Assembly (NCBI GenBank): GCA_026984775.1
Contig: JALSRM010000069.1
Span: 28,939 to 92,938 of the forward strand
Reading direction: 5' to 3'
Source: Gammaproteobacteria bacterium
GTDB lineage: Bacteria > Pseudomonadota > Gammaproteobacteria > CAJXQU01
Length of the DNA stretch: 64,000 nucleotides
Under the pieces are notes generated by a model. That model saw only the letters and a list, made by a program, of their open reading frames with translations. It did not search any database and had not been told where the DNA came from. Shown one piece after another: positions 39,547 through 51,754 of this stretch. The number at the start of each line of letters is the position of its first letter. The stretch's first letter is position 1. The translations under genes were made by a program, and so were the position numbers.

Positions 39547-39882
39547 CTAATCTTGTTCTTGAACGGCCACGGTTATATGGCTAGTTCGCTTTAAAATTCG
39601 GTTGCCACGTCCCTTAGCTCTAGCTCTAAAACGCTTGAAAATAGGTCCTTCATCAACATGGATCCTGCTGACAATCAATTCATCAATGTCAGCACCGTTG
39701 TTGTGTTCTGCATTGGCTATTGCAGATTCGAGTACTTTTTTAATGATCTTCGCACCCTTTTTTGTACTAAAGGTTAGCGCGTTGATTGCTTGATCAACAC
39801 TCATACCTCTGATCTGATCAGCTACCAACCTGGCCTTTTGTGCTGAGATTCTTGCATACTTTAATTTTGCTACAGTTTCCAC
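39547..39882 (-). CDS. rplV: 50S ribosomal protein L22
   Basis: [26 protein letters not shown]... Confidence 0.97.
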   Translation of the reverse strand: METVAKLKYARISAQKARLVADQIRGMSVDQAINALTFSTKKGAKIIKKVLESAIANAEHNNGADIDELIVSRIHVDEGPIFKRFRARAKGRGNRILKRTSHITVAVQEQD

Positions 39883-39924
39883 GATTCTTTCCCAATTCTG
39901 ATCGACTTCAGTATTGCCTCTCGA

Positions 39925-40200
39925 TTATCTCTTTGATTTCTTGTCTGCAATATGGCCACGATAAGTTCGTGTCACCGCAAACTCGCCAAGTTTGTGACCC
40001 ACCATGTTTTCAGTGATAAATACCGGTACATGTTGACGACCGTTGTGAACAGCAATTGTCAATCCAAGCATGTCTGGCAGGATCATCGATCGTCTAGACC
40101 AGGTCTTGATAGGTTTCTTGTCATCCGTTTCTCTAGCCTTATCAATTTTTGCTTGGAGATGATGATCAATAAATGGTCCTTTCTTGATGGAACGTGCCAC
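39925..40200 (-). CDS. rpsS: 30S ribosomal protein S19
   Basis: [22 protein letters not shown]...[29 protein letters not shown]. Confidence 0.97.
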   Translation of the reverse strand: MARSIKKGPFIDHHLQAKIDKARETDDKKPIKTWSRRSMILPDMLGLTIAVHNGRQHVPVFITENMVGHKLGEFAVTRTYRGHIADKKSKR

Positions 40201-40215
40201 TGTTGTACTCCTGAA

Positions 40216-41043
40216 TTATCTCTTGTTGCGTCGTCGAACGATCAGTTTGTCAGTTCGTTTGTTCTTTCTGGTCTTCGCACCTTTAGTCGGCATACCCCAT
40301 GGGCTGACAGGGTGACGCCCCCCAGACGTTCTACCTTCACCACCTCCATGCGGATGATCAACTGGGTTCATGGCTACACCTCGAACAGTTGGTCGAATAC
40401 CACGCCATCGATTGGCACCGGCCTTGCCCAGTGATCGCAGAGAATGTTCCCCGTTACTGACCTCACCGATTGTTGCCCGACAATCGACCAGAACTTTTCT
40501 CATTTCACCGGACCGTAATCTTAATGTCGCATAAGCACCTTCACGTGCAACAAGCTGTACCGATGCACCTGCACTGCGTGCAAGCTGCGCACCTTTCCCG
40601 GGTTTGAGTTCAACACAATGTACAGTCGTACCTACTGGGATATTTCTTAGTGGCAAACAGTTGCCCGTTTTGATGGGTGATGAAACACCTGACATGACTT
40701 CGTCACCAGTTTTCATCCCTTTAGGTGCAATAATATATCGTTTTTCGCCATCGACATATGTGATTAAAGCGATATGGGCTGTACGATTAGGATCGTATTC
40801 GATTCTCTCGACCCTTGCCATTATGTCATCTTTATTACGTTTGAAATCAATAACTCGATAGCGTTGCTTGTGGCCACCACCACGGTGGCGCACAGTGATC
40901 CTTCCGTGGTTATTACGTCCTGATTTGCGGGATTGATGTTCCAATAATGGACGATAGGGTTCGCCTTTATGCAGTTCTGGAGTAACAACCCGAACCAGCC
41001 CTCTACGGCCAGGTGACGTTGGTTTTGCTTTTACAAGTGCCAT
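40216..41043 (-). CDS. rplB: 50S ribosomal protein L2
   Basis: [30 protein letters not shown]... Confidence 0.97.
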   Translation of the reverse strand: MALVKAKPTSPGRRGLVRVVTPELHKGEPYRPLLEHQSRKSGRNNHGRITVRHRGGGHKQRYRVIDFKRNKDDIMARVERIEYDPNRTAHIALITYVDGEKRYIIAPKGMKTGDEVMSGVSSPIKTGNCLPLRNIPVGTTVHCVELKPGKGAQLARSAGASVQLVAREGAYATLRLRSGEMRKVLVDCRATIGEVSNGEHSLRSLGKAGANRWRGIRPTVRGVAMNPVDHPHGGGEGRTSGGRHPVSPWGMPTKGAKTRKNKRTDKLIVRRRNKR

Positions 41044-41063
41044 TTCAGTAACCTTATCCTTGC

Positions 41064-41360
41064 TTATTCTGAAGCAATAAATTCTATATCATGGCCTGGT
41101 TTCAGACGTACATAAGCTTTTTTTACATCTGATCTCTTCCCAGCCTGGCGTTTGAACATTTTTGTTTTGCCTTTCTGGTTCACAACCTGAACAGAGGCAA
41201 CCTCTACATCAAACATCATCTCGACCGCTTTTTTTATATCAGGTTTGGTTGCTGTTTTTGCTACATCGAAGACAAACTGGTTCGCAGTATCAGCCAACCT
41301 CGCTGTTTTTTCCGAGATCCTCGGCGCTAACAAAATACTGCTCAATTGTTCTTTATTCAT
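41064..41360 (-). CDS. rplW: 50S ribosomal protein L23
   Basis: [45 protein letters not shown]... Confidence 0.95.
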   Translation of the reverse strand: MNKEQLSSILLAPRISEKTARLADTANQFVFDVAKTATKPDIKKAVEMMFDVEVASVQVVNQKGKTKMFKRQAGKRSDVKKAYVRLKPGHDIEFIASE

Positions 41361-41980
41361 GAGTATTTCGCCTCCAGTTTGCTGATGGCATCCTTCGTAA
41401 CAATGACATTCTTGAAACCAATCAAACTGACAGGATCTATCCCTTCGACATCAACAATGCCAACATGATAGAGGTTGCGTGATGCAAGATACAGGTTTTC
41501 AGGGATTTCAGCGGTGATGATAAGAACATCATCTCCAAGACCTAGTTTTTCAAGCCCTGCAACCAGCATTTTTGTTTTCGGTTCAGCAACATCAATGGTA
41601 TCAATCACATATAACCGATTCTGACGTACTAGTTCTGAAAAGATGCCAGCTATGGCCTTACGGTACATCTTGCGGTTGATTTTCTGTTCATAATTCCTTG
41701 GCCTGGCTGCGAAGGCAACACCTCCACTACGCCAGATCGGGCTGCGAATCGTACCTGCCCGCGCACGACCAGTTCCTTTTTGACGCCAGGGTTTGATACC
41801 ACCACCACGTACATCTGAGCGTGACTTGTTGGCTTTCGTTCCCGCTCTAGCAGCAGCTGAATAGGCAGTTACAACCTGATGGATCAACCCTTCGTTGTAA
41901 TCTACTGCGAATAGATCGTCAGTGACGGTGACTTTTCCATCTGCTGAGCCTTTTTCATATGAATGTAGATTTAAATCCAT
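41357..41980 (-). CDS. rplD: 50S ribosomal protein L4
   Basis: [35 protein letters not shown]... Confidence 0.97.
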   Translation of the reverse strand: MDLNLHSYEKGSADGKVTVTDDLFAVDYNEGLIHQVVTAYSAAARAGTKANKSRSDVRGGGIKPWRQKGTGRARAGTIRSPIWRSGGVAFAARPRNYEQKINRKMYRKAIAGIFSELVRQNRLYVIDTIDVAEPKTKMLVAGLEKLGLGDDVLIITAEIPENLYLASRNLYHVGIVDVEGIDPVSLIGFKNVIVTKDAISKLEAKYS

Positions 41981-41990
41981 CTCAATACCC

Positions 41991-42629
41991 TTATACGCGT
42001 GTTGTACGCTTGATCAGTAAATCACCACCCTTTACTCCAGGTACTGCCCCTTTGACAAGCAGAAGGTTTCTTTCAGTATCAACCCGGACAATTTCTAGAT
42101 TCTGGATAGTGCGCCTAACGTTGCCCATATGGCCAGACATTTTTTTCCCTTTAAATACTCGCCCAGGTGTCTGACACTGGCCAATAGAGCCGGGCAAACG
42201 ATGCGCCAGAGAGTTACCGTGTGTCGCATCCTGCGTGGAGAAGTTATGCCGTTTTATGACACCAGCATAACCCTTACCAATTGTTGTTCCAGCAATATCG
42301 ACTTTCTGGCCTTCTTCGAAAATATCAACCTTGATTTCCTCACCAGGCTTGAGATTTTCGCCTTCTCCCTCATCGAGGCGGAATTCCCACAATCCTCTGC
42401 CAGCATCTGTCCCAGCTTTGGCAAAGATACCTGCTTGCGGTTTGTTCACACGGTTTCTGTGTTTGAAACCTGTTGTTACCTGCACCGCACGGTACCCATC
42501 TGATTCGGCAGATTTAACCTGTGTGACACGGTTTGGTTCAACCTCAATTACAGTGACAGGAATCGAGACACCATCTTCTGTAAAAATCCGCGTCATCCCG
42601 CGTTTTTGTCCTACTAATCCAAGTGACAT
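41991..42629 (-). CDS. rplC: 50S ribosomal protein L3
   Basis: [30 protein letters not shown]... Confidence 0.97.
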   Translation of the reverse strand: MSLGLVGQKRGMTRIFTEDGVSIPVTVIEVEPNRVTQVKSAESDGYRAVQVTTGFKHRNRVNKPQAGIFAKAGTDAGRGLWEFRLDEGEGENLKPGEEIKVDIFEEGQKVDIAGTTIGKGYAGVIKRHNFSTQDATHGNSLAHRLPGSIGQCQTPGRVFKGKKMSGHMGNVRRTIQNLEIVRVDTERNLLLVKGAVPGVKGGDLLIKRTTRV

Positions 42630-42650
42630 TTCTTATGACCTTCTTAAAAA

Positions 42651-42962
42651 TCAGTTCAGTTTGATTTGAACATCGACACCCGCTGCCAGATCCAGCTTCA
42701 TTAGCGCATCAACCGTTTTGTCAGTTGGGCTGATGATATCCAGCAGACGCTTATGCGTTCTGATTTCATACTGATCACGCGCATCTTTGTTGACATGCGG
42801 CGAAATCAGCACGGTGAATCGTTCTTTCTTGGTAGGCAAAGGAATTGGACCCTTCACCTGTGCACCGGTACGTTTCGCTGTCTCAATAATCTCCTTGGTC
42901 GATACATCAATTAAACGATGGTCGAAAGCTCTGAGACGGATTCGGATGACTTGTTCACTCAT
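42651..42962 (-). CDS. rpsJ: 30S ribosomal protein S10
   Basis: [44 protein letters not shown]... Confidence 0.97.
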   Translation of the reverse strand: MSEQVIRIRLRAFDHRLIDVSTKEIIETAKRTGAQVKGPIPLPTKKERFTVLISPHVNKDARDQYEIRTHKRLLDIISPTDKTVDALMKLDLAAGVDVQIKLN

Positions 42963-42991
42963 TTTTTTTACCTAAGTCTAATTTATCCAGA

Positions 42992-44181
42992 TCACTCAAT
43001 AATCTTGGAAACAACACCCGCTCCAACAGTCCGGCCACCTTCACGAATCGCAAAGCGTAGCCCTTCTTCCATCGCAATCGGAGCAATCAGTTTGACGGTC
43101 ATCTTCACGTTGTCCCCCGGCATCACCATTTCAGTCCCTTCAGGAAGCTCCACCGCACCCGTCACGTCCGTCGTCCGAAAGTAAAATTGGGGACGGTAGT
43201 TGTTGAAAAAGGGAGTGTGACGTCCGCCTTCGTCTTTCGAAAGAACGTAAACTTCCGCTTCAAAGTGAGTGTGCGGCTTGATCGTCCCAGGCTGCGCCAA
43301 AACCTGTCCGCGCTCCACTTCGTCTCGCTTGGTCCCCCGGAGCAAAACGCCTACGTTGTCTCCCGCCTGACCTTCGTCAAGAAGTTTGCGGAACATCTCT
43401 ACACCCGTGCAGGTGGTGGTCTGGGTTTCACGAATACCCACTATCTCCACTTCGTCTCCTACGTGAATTACGCCCCGCTCAATTCGCCCCGTCACTACCG
43501 TGCCTCGGCCCGATATGGAGAATACGTCTTCTATCGGCATGATAAAGGTCCCATCCACTGCACGTTCCGGATCCGGAATGTAGCTGTCCAGCGCAGCCAC
43601 CAGCTTGTCTATGCTCTGCGTCCCTATTTCGCTGTCGTCGCCTTCCAGCGCCTTCAGTGCAGAGCCGATAATGACCGGGGTGTCGTCGCCAGGAAAGTCG
43701 TAGCTGTCCAGAAGTTCGCGGATCTCCATCTCCACCAGTTCCAGTAGTTCTTCGTCATCCACCATGTCGGCCTTGTTCATGTACACAATGATGTAGGGTA
43801 CACCTACCTGACGAGAAAGAAGAATGTGTTCCCGCGTCTGAGGCATCGGGCCATCCGCCGCCGATACCACCAGTATCGCTCCGTCCATCTGCGCCGCACC
43901 CGTGATCATGTTCTTCACGTAGTCCGCATGTCCCGGACAGTCAACATGAGCATAGTGGCGTTTCTCGCTCTCGTATTCCACGTGCGCAGTCGCGATGGTT
44001 ATCCCTCGCTCTCGCTCTTCCGGGGCGTTGTCTATCTGGTCGTAGGCTTTCGATTCTCCACCAAATTTCTGCGCCTGATGCGTCGTGATCGCCGCCGTCA
44101 GGGTCGTCTTACCATGGTCTACATGACCAATTGTGCCGACATTCACATGTGGTTTGCTTCGTTCAAATTTTTCCTTGGACA
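42992..44181 (-). repeat. 1.19-kb segment duplicated at 59619-60808 (tufA/tufB coding sequences), apparently identical
   Basis: Identical six-frame translations across several overlapping frames (43187-43747 = 59814-60374, 43826-44233 = 60453-60845 except the final residues) and identical flanking 3' codons. Divergence begins at the first base of the start codon and at the base after the stop codon. Confidence 0.85.
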
Positions 44182-44182
44182 C
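42992..44182 (-). CDS. tufA: Elongation factor Tu (copy 1, str-operon copy)
   Basis: [33 protein letters not shown]... 396 aa. GTG start (plus-strand CAC at 44180-44182) preceded by AAGGGG SD. Last gene after fusA. Confidence 0.97.
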   Translation of the reverse strand: MSKEKFERSKPHVNVGTIGHVDHGKTTLTAAITTHQAQKFGGESKAYDQIDNAPEERERGITIATAHVEYESEKRHYAHVDCPGHADYVKNMITGAAQMDGAILVVSAADGPMPQTREHILLSRQVGVPYIIVYMNKADMVDDEELLELVEMEIRELLDSYDFPGDDTPVIIGSALKALEGDDSEIGTQSIDKLVAALDSYIPDPERAVDGTFIMPIEDVFSISGRGTVVTGRIERGVIHVGDEVEIVGIRETQTTTCTGVEMFRKLLDEGQAGDNVGVLLRGTKRDEVERGQVLAQPGTIKPHTHFEAEVYVLSKDEGGRHTPFFNNYRPQFYFRTTDVTGAVELPEGTEMVMPGDNVKMTVKLIAPIAMEEGLRFAIREGGRTVGAGVVSKIIE

Positions 44183-44237
44183 CTTGATACCCCTTTAACT
44201 TATCTAATTTCTTTAAGCCACCAAACTTGTTAATTAG

Positions 44238-46334
44238 TTAACCATGTTGGTTGATTACTGCGTCCGCAATATTCTGCGGCGCCTCTGCGTAATGTGAGAA
44301 TTCCATTGTGTAGGTTGCTCTGCCCTGTGTGCTTGAACGCAGTGCAGTGGCATACCCAAACATTTCACTCAATGGAACCTCTACCTTAATTACCTTGCCA
44401 GCAGGTGAGTCTTCCGTTCCCTGCAGTATTCCTCGGCGGCGATTCAAGTCACCATTTACCGTGCCGAGATATTCCTCTGGTGTAACAACCTCCACAGACA
44501 TAATCGGCTCAAGCAATACTGGATCTGCCCGGCTTACGCCTTCTCTGAAGGCCATTGAGCCTGCAACTTTAAAGGCCATTTCTGACGAGTCCACATCATG
44601 ATACGACCCATCGTAGAGTGTTACCTTGATGTCAACTACCGGATATCCAGCGAGGACACCGTTTTCCATCTGTTCTCGTATTCCTTTTTCAACCGCTGGT
44701 ATGTATTCCTTGGGAACCGTCCCACCAACGATCTCATTGACAAATTCGAAACCGGCTCCCGCCTCCATTGGTTCGATTTTCAGAATGACGTGCCCATACT
44801 GGCCACGACCACCCGATTGTCGAACAAATTTGCCTTCCGCCTTTTCGACTGTCTTTCTTATCGTCTCGCGGTAAGCCACCTGTGGCTTACCAATATTGGC
44901 CTCAACCCCAAATTCGCGTCGCATCCGATCAACAATAATATCAAGATGCAGCTCTCCCATCCCCGATATGATCGTCTGACCCGACTCCTCATCTGATCGA
45001 ACCCGGAAGGATGGATCTTCCTGTGCCAGTTTCGACAAAGCCACCCCCATCTTTTCCTGATCAGCTTTAGTTTTCGGCTCAACAGCGACTGAAATTACCG
45101 GCTCCGGGAATTCCATTCGTTCCAGTGTGATTATTTCTTTCAGATCACACAGCGTATCACCCGTTGTTACATCTTTAAGCCCGACTGCTGCTGCGATATC
45201 ACCCGCTCGAACTTCCTTAATTTCTTCACGGTGATTGGCGTGCATTTGCAGCAAACGGCCAATTCTTTCTTTCTTGTCCTTAATCGGGTTATAGACAGTG
45301 TCTCCAGTTGACAAAACCCCGGAATAAACCCGTATAAATGTCAACGTCCCGACAAATGGATCTGTCGCAATCTTGAACGCCAGCGAAGCAAAAGGTGCTT
45401 CATCACTTGCAAGACGTTCACCTTCACTCCCATCCTTCAGCTCCCCCTTGATAGGCGGCACATCAATCGGCGAAGGCAGGTATTCGACAATCGCATCCAG
45501 CATGGCCTGAACACCCTTGTTCTTGAAAGCCGAACCACAACAAATCAGTACGATTTCGTTATCCAGCGTTCTTTTGCGCAGACCTTTTTTTATCTCTTCA
45601 TCTGAAAGCTCTTCACCTTCCAGATATTTTTCCATCAATTCATCAGAGGCTTCTGCAGCTGTTTCAACTAGCTTTTCCCGATACCCCTCACATTCTTCCA
45701 GCATTGCCTCCGGCACTGCATCCTCTTCGAACTTGGCACCTTGGGTTTCTTCATCCCAGTAAATTGCTTTCATTTTGATGAGGTCTACAACCCCTTCAAA
45801 ATTTTCTTCAGCACCAATAGGCAGTTGCAACAATATAGGGTTACTTCCCAATCTATCCTTGATCTGCCCGACCACCCGCATAAAATCAGCCCCAGACCTG
45901 TCCATCTTGTTCACGAACCCAATTCGTGGGACATGGTACTTGTCGGCCTGCCTCCAGACTGTTTCTGACTGAGGCTCTACACCTCCCACAGCACAAAAAA
46001 CAGCAACAGCACCATCAAGGACACGTAATGATCGTTCGACCTCGATCGTAAAATCCACATGCCCTGGCGTATCGATGATATTGATGCGATGTTCATCGAA
46101 ATTTTTATCCATGCCACGCCAAAAGCATGTTGTCGCAGCAGAAGTAATGGTTATCCCTCTCTCCTGCTCCTGCTCCATCCAGTCCATAACAGCAGCGCCA
46201 TCATGAACTTCCCCTATCTTGTGAGAGATGCCGGTATAAAACAGAATTCTTTCTGTTGTCGTTGTCTTACCTGCATCAATGTGGGCCATAATTCCAACAT
46301 TACGATACCGCTCTATTGGAGTTTTGCGCGCCAC
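44238..46334 (-). CDS. fusA: Elongation factor G
   Basis: [35 protein letters not shown]... 698 aa. Confidence 0.97.
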   Translation of the reverse strand: MARKTPIERYRNVGIMAHIDAGKTTTTERILFYTGISHKIGEVHDGAAVMDWMEQEQERGITITSAATTCFWRGMDKNFDEHRINIIDTPGHVDFTIEVERSLRVLDGAVAVFCAVGGVEPQSETVWRQADKYHVPRIGFVNKMDRSGADFMRVVGQIKDRLGSNPILLQLPIGAEENFEGVVDLIKMKAIYWDEETQGAKFEEDAVPEAMLEECEGYREKLVETAAEASDELMEKYLEGEELSDEEIKKGLRKRTLDNEIVLICCGSAFKNKGVQAMLDAIVEYLPSPIDVPPIKGELKDGSEGERLASDEAPFASLAFKIATDPFVGTLTFIRVYSGVLSTGDTVYNPIKDKKERIGRLLQMHANHREEIKEVRAGDIAAAVGLKDVTTGDTLCDLKEIITLERMEFPEPVISVAVEPKTKADQEKMGVALSKLAQEDPSFRVRSDEESGQTIISGMGELHLDIIVDRMRREFGVEANIGKPQVAYRETIRKTVEKAEGKFVRQSGGRGQYGHVILKIEPMEAGAGFEFVNEIVGGTVPKEYIPAVEKGIREQMENGVLAGYPVVDIKVTLYDGSYHDVDSSEMAFKVAGSMAFREGVSRADPVLLEPIMSVEVVTPEEYLGTVNGDLNRRRGILQGTEDSPAGKVIKVEVPLSEMFGYATALRSSTQGRATYTMEFSHYAEAPQNIADAVINQHG

Positions 46335-46355
46335 AATCTGCTTCCCCTTTCCCTC

Positions 46356-46826
46356 TTACCAGCGGAAATGAGAGAATGCCCTATTTGCCTCTGCCATTCT
46401 GTGTGTATCTTCCTTCTTCTTGACAGCCGCCCCTCGATTTTCATAGGCATCCATCAATTCTCCAGCTATCCGTAGACCCATGGTCTTCTCACCACGTTTG
46501 CGTGCCGCTTCAACCAACCAGCGCATCGCCAGTGCGGTACGCCTGTTGGCGCGTACTTCTACAGGCACCTGATATGTGGCACCACCCACACGGCGCGATT
46601 TCACTTCAACCTTAGGCCGGATATTGTCAAGTGCCTGGCTAAAGGCTTCCAGAGGATCGTTCATGCCTTTTTCTTTCATTTGGTCAAGTGCACCATAGAC
46701 AATCTTTTCGGCAATAGACTTCTTGCCATCTTTCATTACCATATTGACGAACTTGGCCAGTGTTTCGTCTCCGAACTTTGGATCAGGGAGTATAGTTCTC
46801 TTAGCAGCAACTCTTCTTCTGGACAT
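46356..46826 (-). CDS. rpsG: 30S ribosomal protein S7
   Basis: [46 protein letters not shown]... Confidence 0.97.
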   Translation of the reverse strand: MSRRRVAAKRTILPDPKFGDETLAKFVNMVMKDGKKSIAEKIVYGALDQMKEKGMNDPLEAFSQALDNIRPKVEVKSRRVGGATYQVPVEVRANRRTALAMRWLVEAARKRGEKTMGLRIAGELMDAYENRGAAVKKKEDTHRMAEANRAFSHFRW

Positions 46827-46867
46827 GTTTTAACCTGATTTTCCGCTTAATTTTATATTTCTCTGAA

Positions 46868-47242
46868 TTACGACTTGGGTCGTTTGGTTCCATACTTGGA
46901 GCGCCCTTTCCTTCTATCAGCAACACCAGCTGTATCAAGCGTACCGCGAACAGTATGGTATCGAACACCGGGCAAGTCCTTGACACGACCGCCTCGTATA
47001 AGAATAACCGAGTGTTCCTGTAGATTATGCCCTTCACCACCAATATAAGTGGTAACTTCATAACCGTTTGTCAATCTTACACGGGCAACCTTTCTCATTG
47101 CAGAGTTAGGTTTTTTTGGCGTAGTCGTATATACGCGAGTACAAACGCCTCTTCTCTGCGGACAGCTTTCCAGAGCAGGAACCTTGCTCTTAGCCCTCTG
47201 GCGCTTACGCGGTTTTCTAACCAGCTGGTTTATTGTTGCCAT
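46868..47242 (-). CDS. rpsL: 30S ribosomal protein S12
   Basis: [52 protein letters not shown]... Confidence 0.97.
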   Translation of the reverse strand: MATINQLVRKPRKRQRAKSKVPALESCPQRRGVCTRVYTTTPKKPNSAMRKVARVRLTNGYEVTTYIGGEGHNLQEHSVILIRGGRVKDLPGVRYHTVRGTLDTAGVADRRKGRSKYGTKRPKS

Positions 47243-47341
47243 GCAAATAACTTCCTCAATCTATATGTCTCTTACAAAAAACCATATAGCCTAAAAAAAA
47301 CTAACCACCGAAATGATGATGTGTTTACACCTTTTCGATGG

Positions 47342-47381
47342 TCTGAAAAAAATGACAGACTTGGCAAAAGCCAAGCCTGTC
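47342..47381 (-). terminator. Rho-independent terminator downstream of rpoC
   Basis: On the minus strand: GACAGGCTTGGC tttt GCCAAGTCTGTC (12-bp stem with one mismatch) followed by ATTTTTTTCAGA. Confidence 0.7.
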
Positions 47382-47485
47382 AATAAAGAGGCGGAATTGT
47401 ATTTTCCTTACCGCAACCTGTCAAGGCCAAAGATGATCTTTTTTAGGTAAACACCGAATGTTTCAATGCCCCTGCTATCTCTTCT

Positions 47486-50400
47486 TCAAGCGCTTTCAGA
47501 AGCTGCGTCAAGATCATCGTCAACCTGTGGCGGTTGTTCAATCTTTGTTTCCTCTGATGATCCCTGCCCGTTTTCTTCTGTTGGAACAGCCATCATTTCT
47601 GTGAGTTCGTCTGAACGCTTCCGCCGACGATCCTTATGGTAGGCGTATCCAGTCCCTGCCGGGATCAATCGTCCAACAATAACGTTCTCTTTCAGACCTC
47701 GTAATTCGTCCTTCTTCCCGTTGACGGACGCCTCAGTCAAGACACGGGTGGTTTCCTGGAACGAGGCTGCTGAAATAAAGGATTCGGTGGCCAGAGATGC
47801 TTTGGTAATACCCAACAGCAACTGTCGCCACTTCGCAGGTTGCTTGCCCTCCGCCTTCATACGTTCATTCTCAATCAGGATGGCCTCTTTTTCTATTTGT
47901 TCACCTTTTAGGTAGCGAGTATCACCCGGATCCTCAATTTCGACCTTTCTTAGCATCTGGCGCACTATCACTTCAATGTGCTTATCATTGATTTTCACAC
48001 CTTGGAGCCTGTAAACATCCTGAACCTCATGAACGATATATTCAGCTAGTGCCAAAATACCCTTGAGACGCAAGATATCATGAGCATCCGGAGCACCATC
48101 AACAATCATTTCGCCACGTTCTACATGCTCACCCTCAAACACATTGATATGCCGCCATTTCGGGATCAGGGTCTCTGTCTGCTCCCCATTTGTATCGGTA
48201 ATAATGAGCCGTTGTTTGCCTTTAGTTTCCTTACCGAAACTGACTGTACCGGTTGCCTCTGCCAGAATTGCAGGCTCTTTCGGTTTCCTTGCCTCAAACA
48301 GATCGGCAACACGAGGTAGACCACCAGTGATGTCACGGGTCTTGGCTGATTCCTGAAGCAGACGGGCAATGACATCACCGACATTAACTTCCTGTTTGTC
48401 ATTAACAACAATGACGGCATTGGCAGGTAATGGGTAATGTGCGGGAATCTTTGTGCCTGGAATGTACAGATCCTTTCCTTTTCCATCCACCAATCTAACA
48501 GTTGGCTTCAGATCCTTAGCAGCAGCGGGACGCTGTTTCGGATCAGTAACCACCAGACTGGACATACCCGTAATTTCGTCGACTTCGCGTACAACGGTTG
48601 TTCCTTCGATGATGTCACTAAATTCGACGATACCTTTTACTTCAGAAATCACTGGATGGGTATGTGGATCCCATGTGGCGACAACCTGCCCTGGTTCAAC
48701 TTCACTCCCTTCTTTGACTGACAGTTCAGCTCCGTAGGGAACCTTGTAACGTTCCTTTTCACGGCCATTTTCGTCAATTATGGCCAGACCACCGGAGCGA
48801 GAGACCGTGATCAGCTTCCCATCGGCACGTTCCAGAAGTTTGATATTGTGCAGTTTGACTGTCCCTTTCGACTTAACCTCGATACTGTTGACAGCAACTG
48901 TACGGGAGGCTGCACCACCGATATGGAACGTACGCATTGTTAGCTGCGTACCAGGTTCACCGATCGATTGTGCTGCCATGACGCCGACAGCCTCACCCAC
49001 GTTGACCATGTCACCACGAGCCAGATCACGTCCATAACAGGCACGACAGACTCCATAGTGAGTTTTACATGTGATGGCGGATCGGACCTTGACTTCATCA
49101 ATACCATTCTTCTCGAGTATGTCGATCCAGTTTTCATCCAGAAGCACATTGCGCTTGACGACAATTTCATCACCACCGGGTTTGTAAACGTCCTCGGCAA
49201 CAACTCTGCCCAGTACACGTTCACGCAGCGGTTCCACAACATCACCACCTTCGATGATTGGATTCATGACAAGACCATCTTCTGTACCGCAGTCTTCTTC
49301 AGTAACCACCAGATCCTGTGCAACATCGACTAAACGGCGGGTCAGGTATCCGGAGTTTGCCGTTTTCAGTGCGGTATCCGCGAGACCCTTACGTGCGCCA
49401 TGGGTTGAGATGAAGTACTGCAGAACGTCTAAACCCTCCCGGAAGTTTGCCTTGATCGGGGTTTCGATGATCGAACCGTCCGGTTTTGCCATCAGGCCTC
49501 GCATGCCAGCAAGCTGTCTGATCTGTGCGGCCGAACCACGAGCCCCCGAATCCGCCATCATGAAAATGGAATTGAAAGAAGGTTGTGACACCTCTTTTCC
49601 CTCCGCATCAATAACTTTTTCAGTACCCAGCTCTTCCATCATGGCCTTTGCAACCTGATCATTGGTATGAGACCAGATATCGACCACCTTATTATAGCGT
49701 TCACCATTAGTCACCAAACCATTGGCGTATTGTTCTTCAATTTCCCTGACGCCCTCCTCAGCCTGTTTGATGATTTCCGATTTGACCTTCGGAACAACCA
49801 TGTCTTCGATACCGATGGAAACACCCGCACGGGTTGCCATCCGAAACCCCTTGTACATCAACTGGTCAGCAAACACCACGGTATCCTTGACATCCAGCTC
49901 TCGGTAACAACTGTTGATCAAGTTCGAGATCGCTTTTTTGTTCATCACCTGATTAACCAGGTCAAATGATAATCCTTCAGGAAGGATCTCAGACAGCATG
50001 GCACGACCGGCTGTGGTATCGACCATTCGCGTCTTCCGTACTTTTTCACCGTCAACTGTATTTGTTTCGGTAATCCGTACTTTGATTTTTGCGTGGATAC
50101 TTACAGCTCCTGCTTCATATGCCCGGATCACTTCTCCCACATTCGCAAAACTCATCCCCTCTCCCTTAGCACCGATGGATTCACGTGTCATGTAATACAG
50201 ACCAAGAACCACGTCCTGGGAGGGAACGATGATCGGTTCGCCATTTGCAGGCGAAAGGACATTATTGGTGGACATCATCAGTGTCCTGGCTTCTAGCTGT
50301 GCCTCTATCGACAGTGGTACGTGGACAGCCATTTGGTCGCCGTCAAAGTCTGCATTAAAGGCGGTACACACCAACGGATGGAGCTGAATTGCCTTACCTT

Positions 50401-51727
50401 CGATCAGGATCGGCTCAAAGGCCTGAATACCCAAACGATGCAGCGTCGGCGCCCTGTTGAGCATGACAGGATGTTCACGGATCACATCTTCCAGAATATC
50501 CCAAACTTCAGGCCCCTCTCTTTCGACCGCCTTCTTTGCAGCCTTGATCGTAGTTGCAATGCCCAGCCGTTCAAGTTTGCTGAATATGAACGGCTTAAAG
50601 AGCTCCAGCGCCATCTTTTTCGGCAAACCACATTGGTGTAGTCGCAGTGAGGGGCCGACCACGATAACTGAACGGCCAGAGTAGTCTACTCGTTTACCCA
50701 ACAGATTCTGACGAAAACGGCCCTGCTTACCCTTGATCATATCTGCCAGGGACTTGAGTGGCAGCTTATTGGTGCCGGTAATGGCACGCCCTCGACGACC
50801 GTTGTCCAGGAGAGCATCGACCGATTCCTGCAACATACGTTTCTCATTGCGGACAATGATATCCGGCGCACCCAAATCAAGAAGCCGCTTGAGACGATTG
50901 TTTCGGTTGATCACTCTGCGATACAGATCGTTCAGATCAGATGTGGCAAAGCGCCCGCCGTCGAGTGGTACCAGTGGCCGTAACTCTGGAGGAAGGACCG
51001 GCAAAACTCGAAGAATCATCCACTCTGGCTTATTACCGGAATGAAGAAAACCTTCCATCAACTTAAGACGCTTGGTCATCTTCTTCAGTTTGGTTTCTGA
51101 AGTCGTAGATGGAAGTGCTTCCCGTATCGCTTTGATTTCTTCAGCCAGATCGATGTCGTTAAGTAAATCAAGAATTGCTTCCGCACCCATCTTTGCTGTG
51201 AAATCATCTCCGTATTCCTCGACAGCATCCAAGTAGTTTTCTTCAGACAACAACTGACCTTGCTCCAGTGCGGTCATGCCTGGATCAGTAACCACGTAAG
51301 CCTCGAAATAGAGAACTCGCTCAATATCCCGGAGAGTCATATCCAATAACAGTCCCATCCGGGATGGCAGGGATTTCTGATACCAGATATGGGCTACAGG
51401 ACAGGCAAGCTCAATATGGCCCATGCGTTCACGGCGTACTTTGGCCTGAGTGACTTCTACACCACACTTTTCACAGACCACACCGCGATGTTTCAGACGT
51501 TTATATTTCCCGCACAGGCATTCATAGTCCTTGACCGGTCCGAATGTCTTCGCACAAAACAACCCATCCCGTTCGGGCTTGAACGTGCGATAATTGATTG
51601 TTTCAGGTTTTTTAACCTCTCCGTAAGACCATGAGCGGATCTTTTCTGGAGATGCCAGTCCAATACTTATCGCGTCGAAATCTTCAACGTGACTTTGTTG
51701 TCTCAGAAAATTTAATAAGTCTTTCAA
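47486..51727 (-). CDS. rpoC: DNA-directed RNA polymerase subunit beta'
   Basis: 1413-aa ORF. Zinc finger [47 protein letters not shown] catalytic motif, acidic C-terminus. Confidence 0.98.
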   Translation of the reverse strand: MKDLLNFLRQQSHVEDFDAISIGLASPEKIRSWSYGEVKKPETINYRTFKPERDGLFCAKTFGPVKDYECLCGKYKRLKHRGVVCEKCGVEVTQAKVRRERMGHIELACPVAHIWYQKSLPSRMGLLLDMTLRDIERVLYFEAYVVTDPGMTALEQGQLLSEENYLDAVEEYGDDFTAKMGAEAILDLLNDIDLAEEIKAIREALPSTTSETKLKKMTKRLKLMEGFLHSGNKPEWMILRVLPVLPPELRPLVPLDGGRFATSDLNDLYRRVINRNNRLKRLLDLGAPDIIVRNEKRMLQESVDALLDNGRRGRAITGTNKLPLKSLADMIKGKQGRFRQNLLGKRVDYSGRSVIVVGPSLRLHQCGLPKKMALELFKPFIFSKLERLGIATTIKAAKKAVEREGPEVWDILEDVIREHPVMLNRAPTLHRLGIQAFEPILIEGKAIQLHPLVCTAFNADFDGDQMAVHVPLSIEAQLEARTLMMSTNNVLSPANGEPIIVPSQDVVLGLYYMTRESIGAKGEGMSFANVGEVIRAYEAGAVSIHAKIKVRITETNTVDGEKVRKTRMVDTTAGRAMLSEILPEGLSFDLVNQVMNKKAISNLINSCYRELDVKDTVVFADQLMYKGFRMATRAGVSIGIEDMVVPKVKSEIIKQAEEGVREIEEQYANGLVTNGERYNKVVDIWSHTNDQVAKAMMEELGTEKVIDAEGKEVSQPSFNSIFMMADSGARGSAAQIRQLAGMRGLMAKPDGSIIETPIKANFREGLDVLQYFISTHGARKGLADTALKTANSGYLTRRLVDVAQDLVVTEEDCGTEDGLVMNPIIEGGDVVEPLRERVLGRVVAEDVYKPGGDEIVVKRNVLLDENWIDILEKNGIDEVKVRSAITCKTHYGVCRACYGRDLARGDMVNVGEAVGVMAAQSIGEPGTQLTMRTFHIGGAASRTVAVNSIEVKSKGTVKLHNIKLLERADGKLITVSRSGGLAIIDENGREKERYKVPYGAELSVKEGSEVEPGQVVATWDPHTHPVISEVKGIVEFSDIIEGTTVVREVDEITGMSSLVVTDPKQRPAAAKDLKPTVRLVDGKGKDLYIPGTKIPAHYPLPANAVIVVNDKQEVNVGDVIARLLQESAKTRDITGGLPRVADLFEARKPKEPAILAEATGTVSFGKETKGKQRLIITDTNGEQTETLIPKWRHINVFEGEHVERGEMIVDGAPDAHDILRLKGILALAEYIVHEVQDVYRLQGVKINDKHIEVIVRQMLRKVEIEDPGDTRYLKGEQIEKEAILIENERMKAEGKQPAKWRQLLLGITKASLATESFISAASFQETTRVLTEASVNGKKDELRGLKENVIVGRLIPAGTGYAYHKDRRRKRSDELTEMMAVPTEENGQGSSEETKIEQPPQVDDDLDAASESA

Positions 51728-51754
51728 GATACTGCCTCCAGTTTGAGGGCTAAA

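Noticed and set aside
42963-42991. Looked for an S10-operon leader/L4 attenuator upstream of rpsJ
   Set aside because: Only 29 nt are available between tufA and rpsJ. No structured leader can be present.
43187-43747. 186-aa ORFs antisense to both tuf copies (and many similar antisense ORFs inside rpoB, rpoC, fusA, ribosomal genes, ampG, etc.)
   Set aside because: Shadow ORFs on the strand opposite strongly supported, highly conserved genes. Their duplication merely reflects the tuf duplication.
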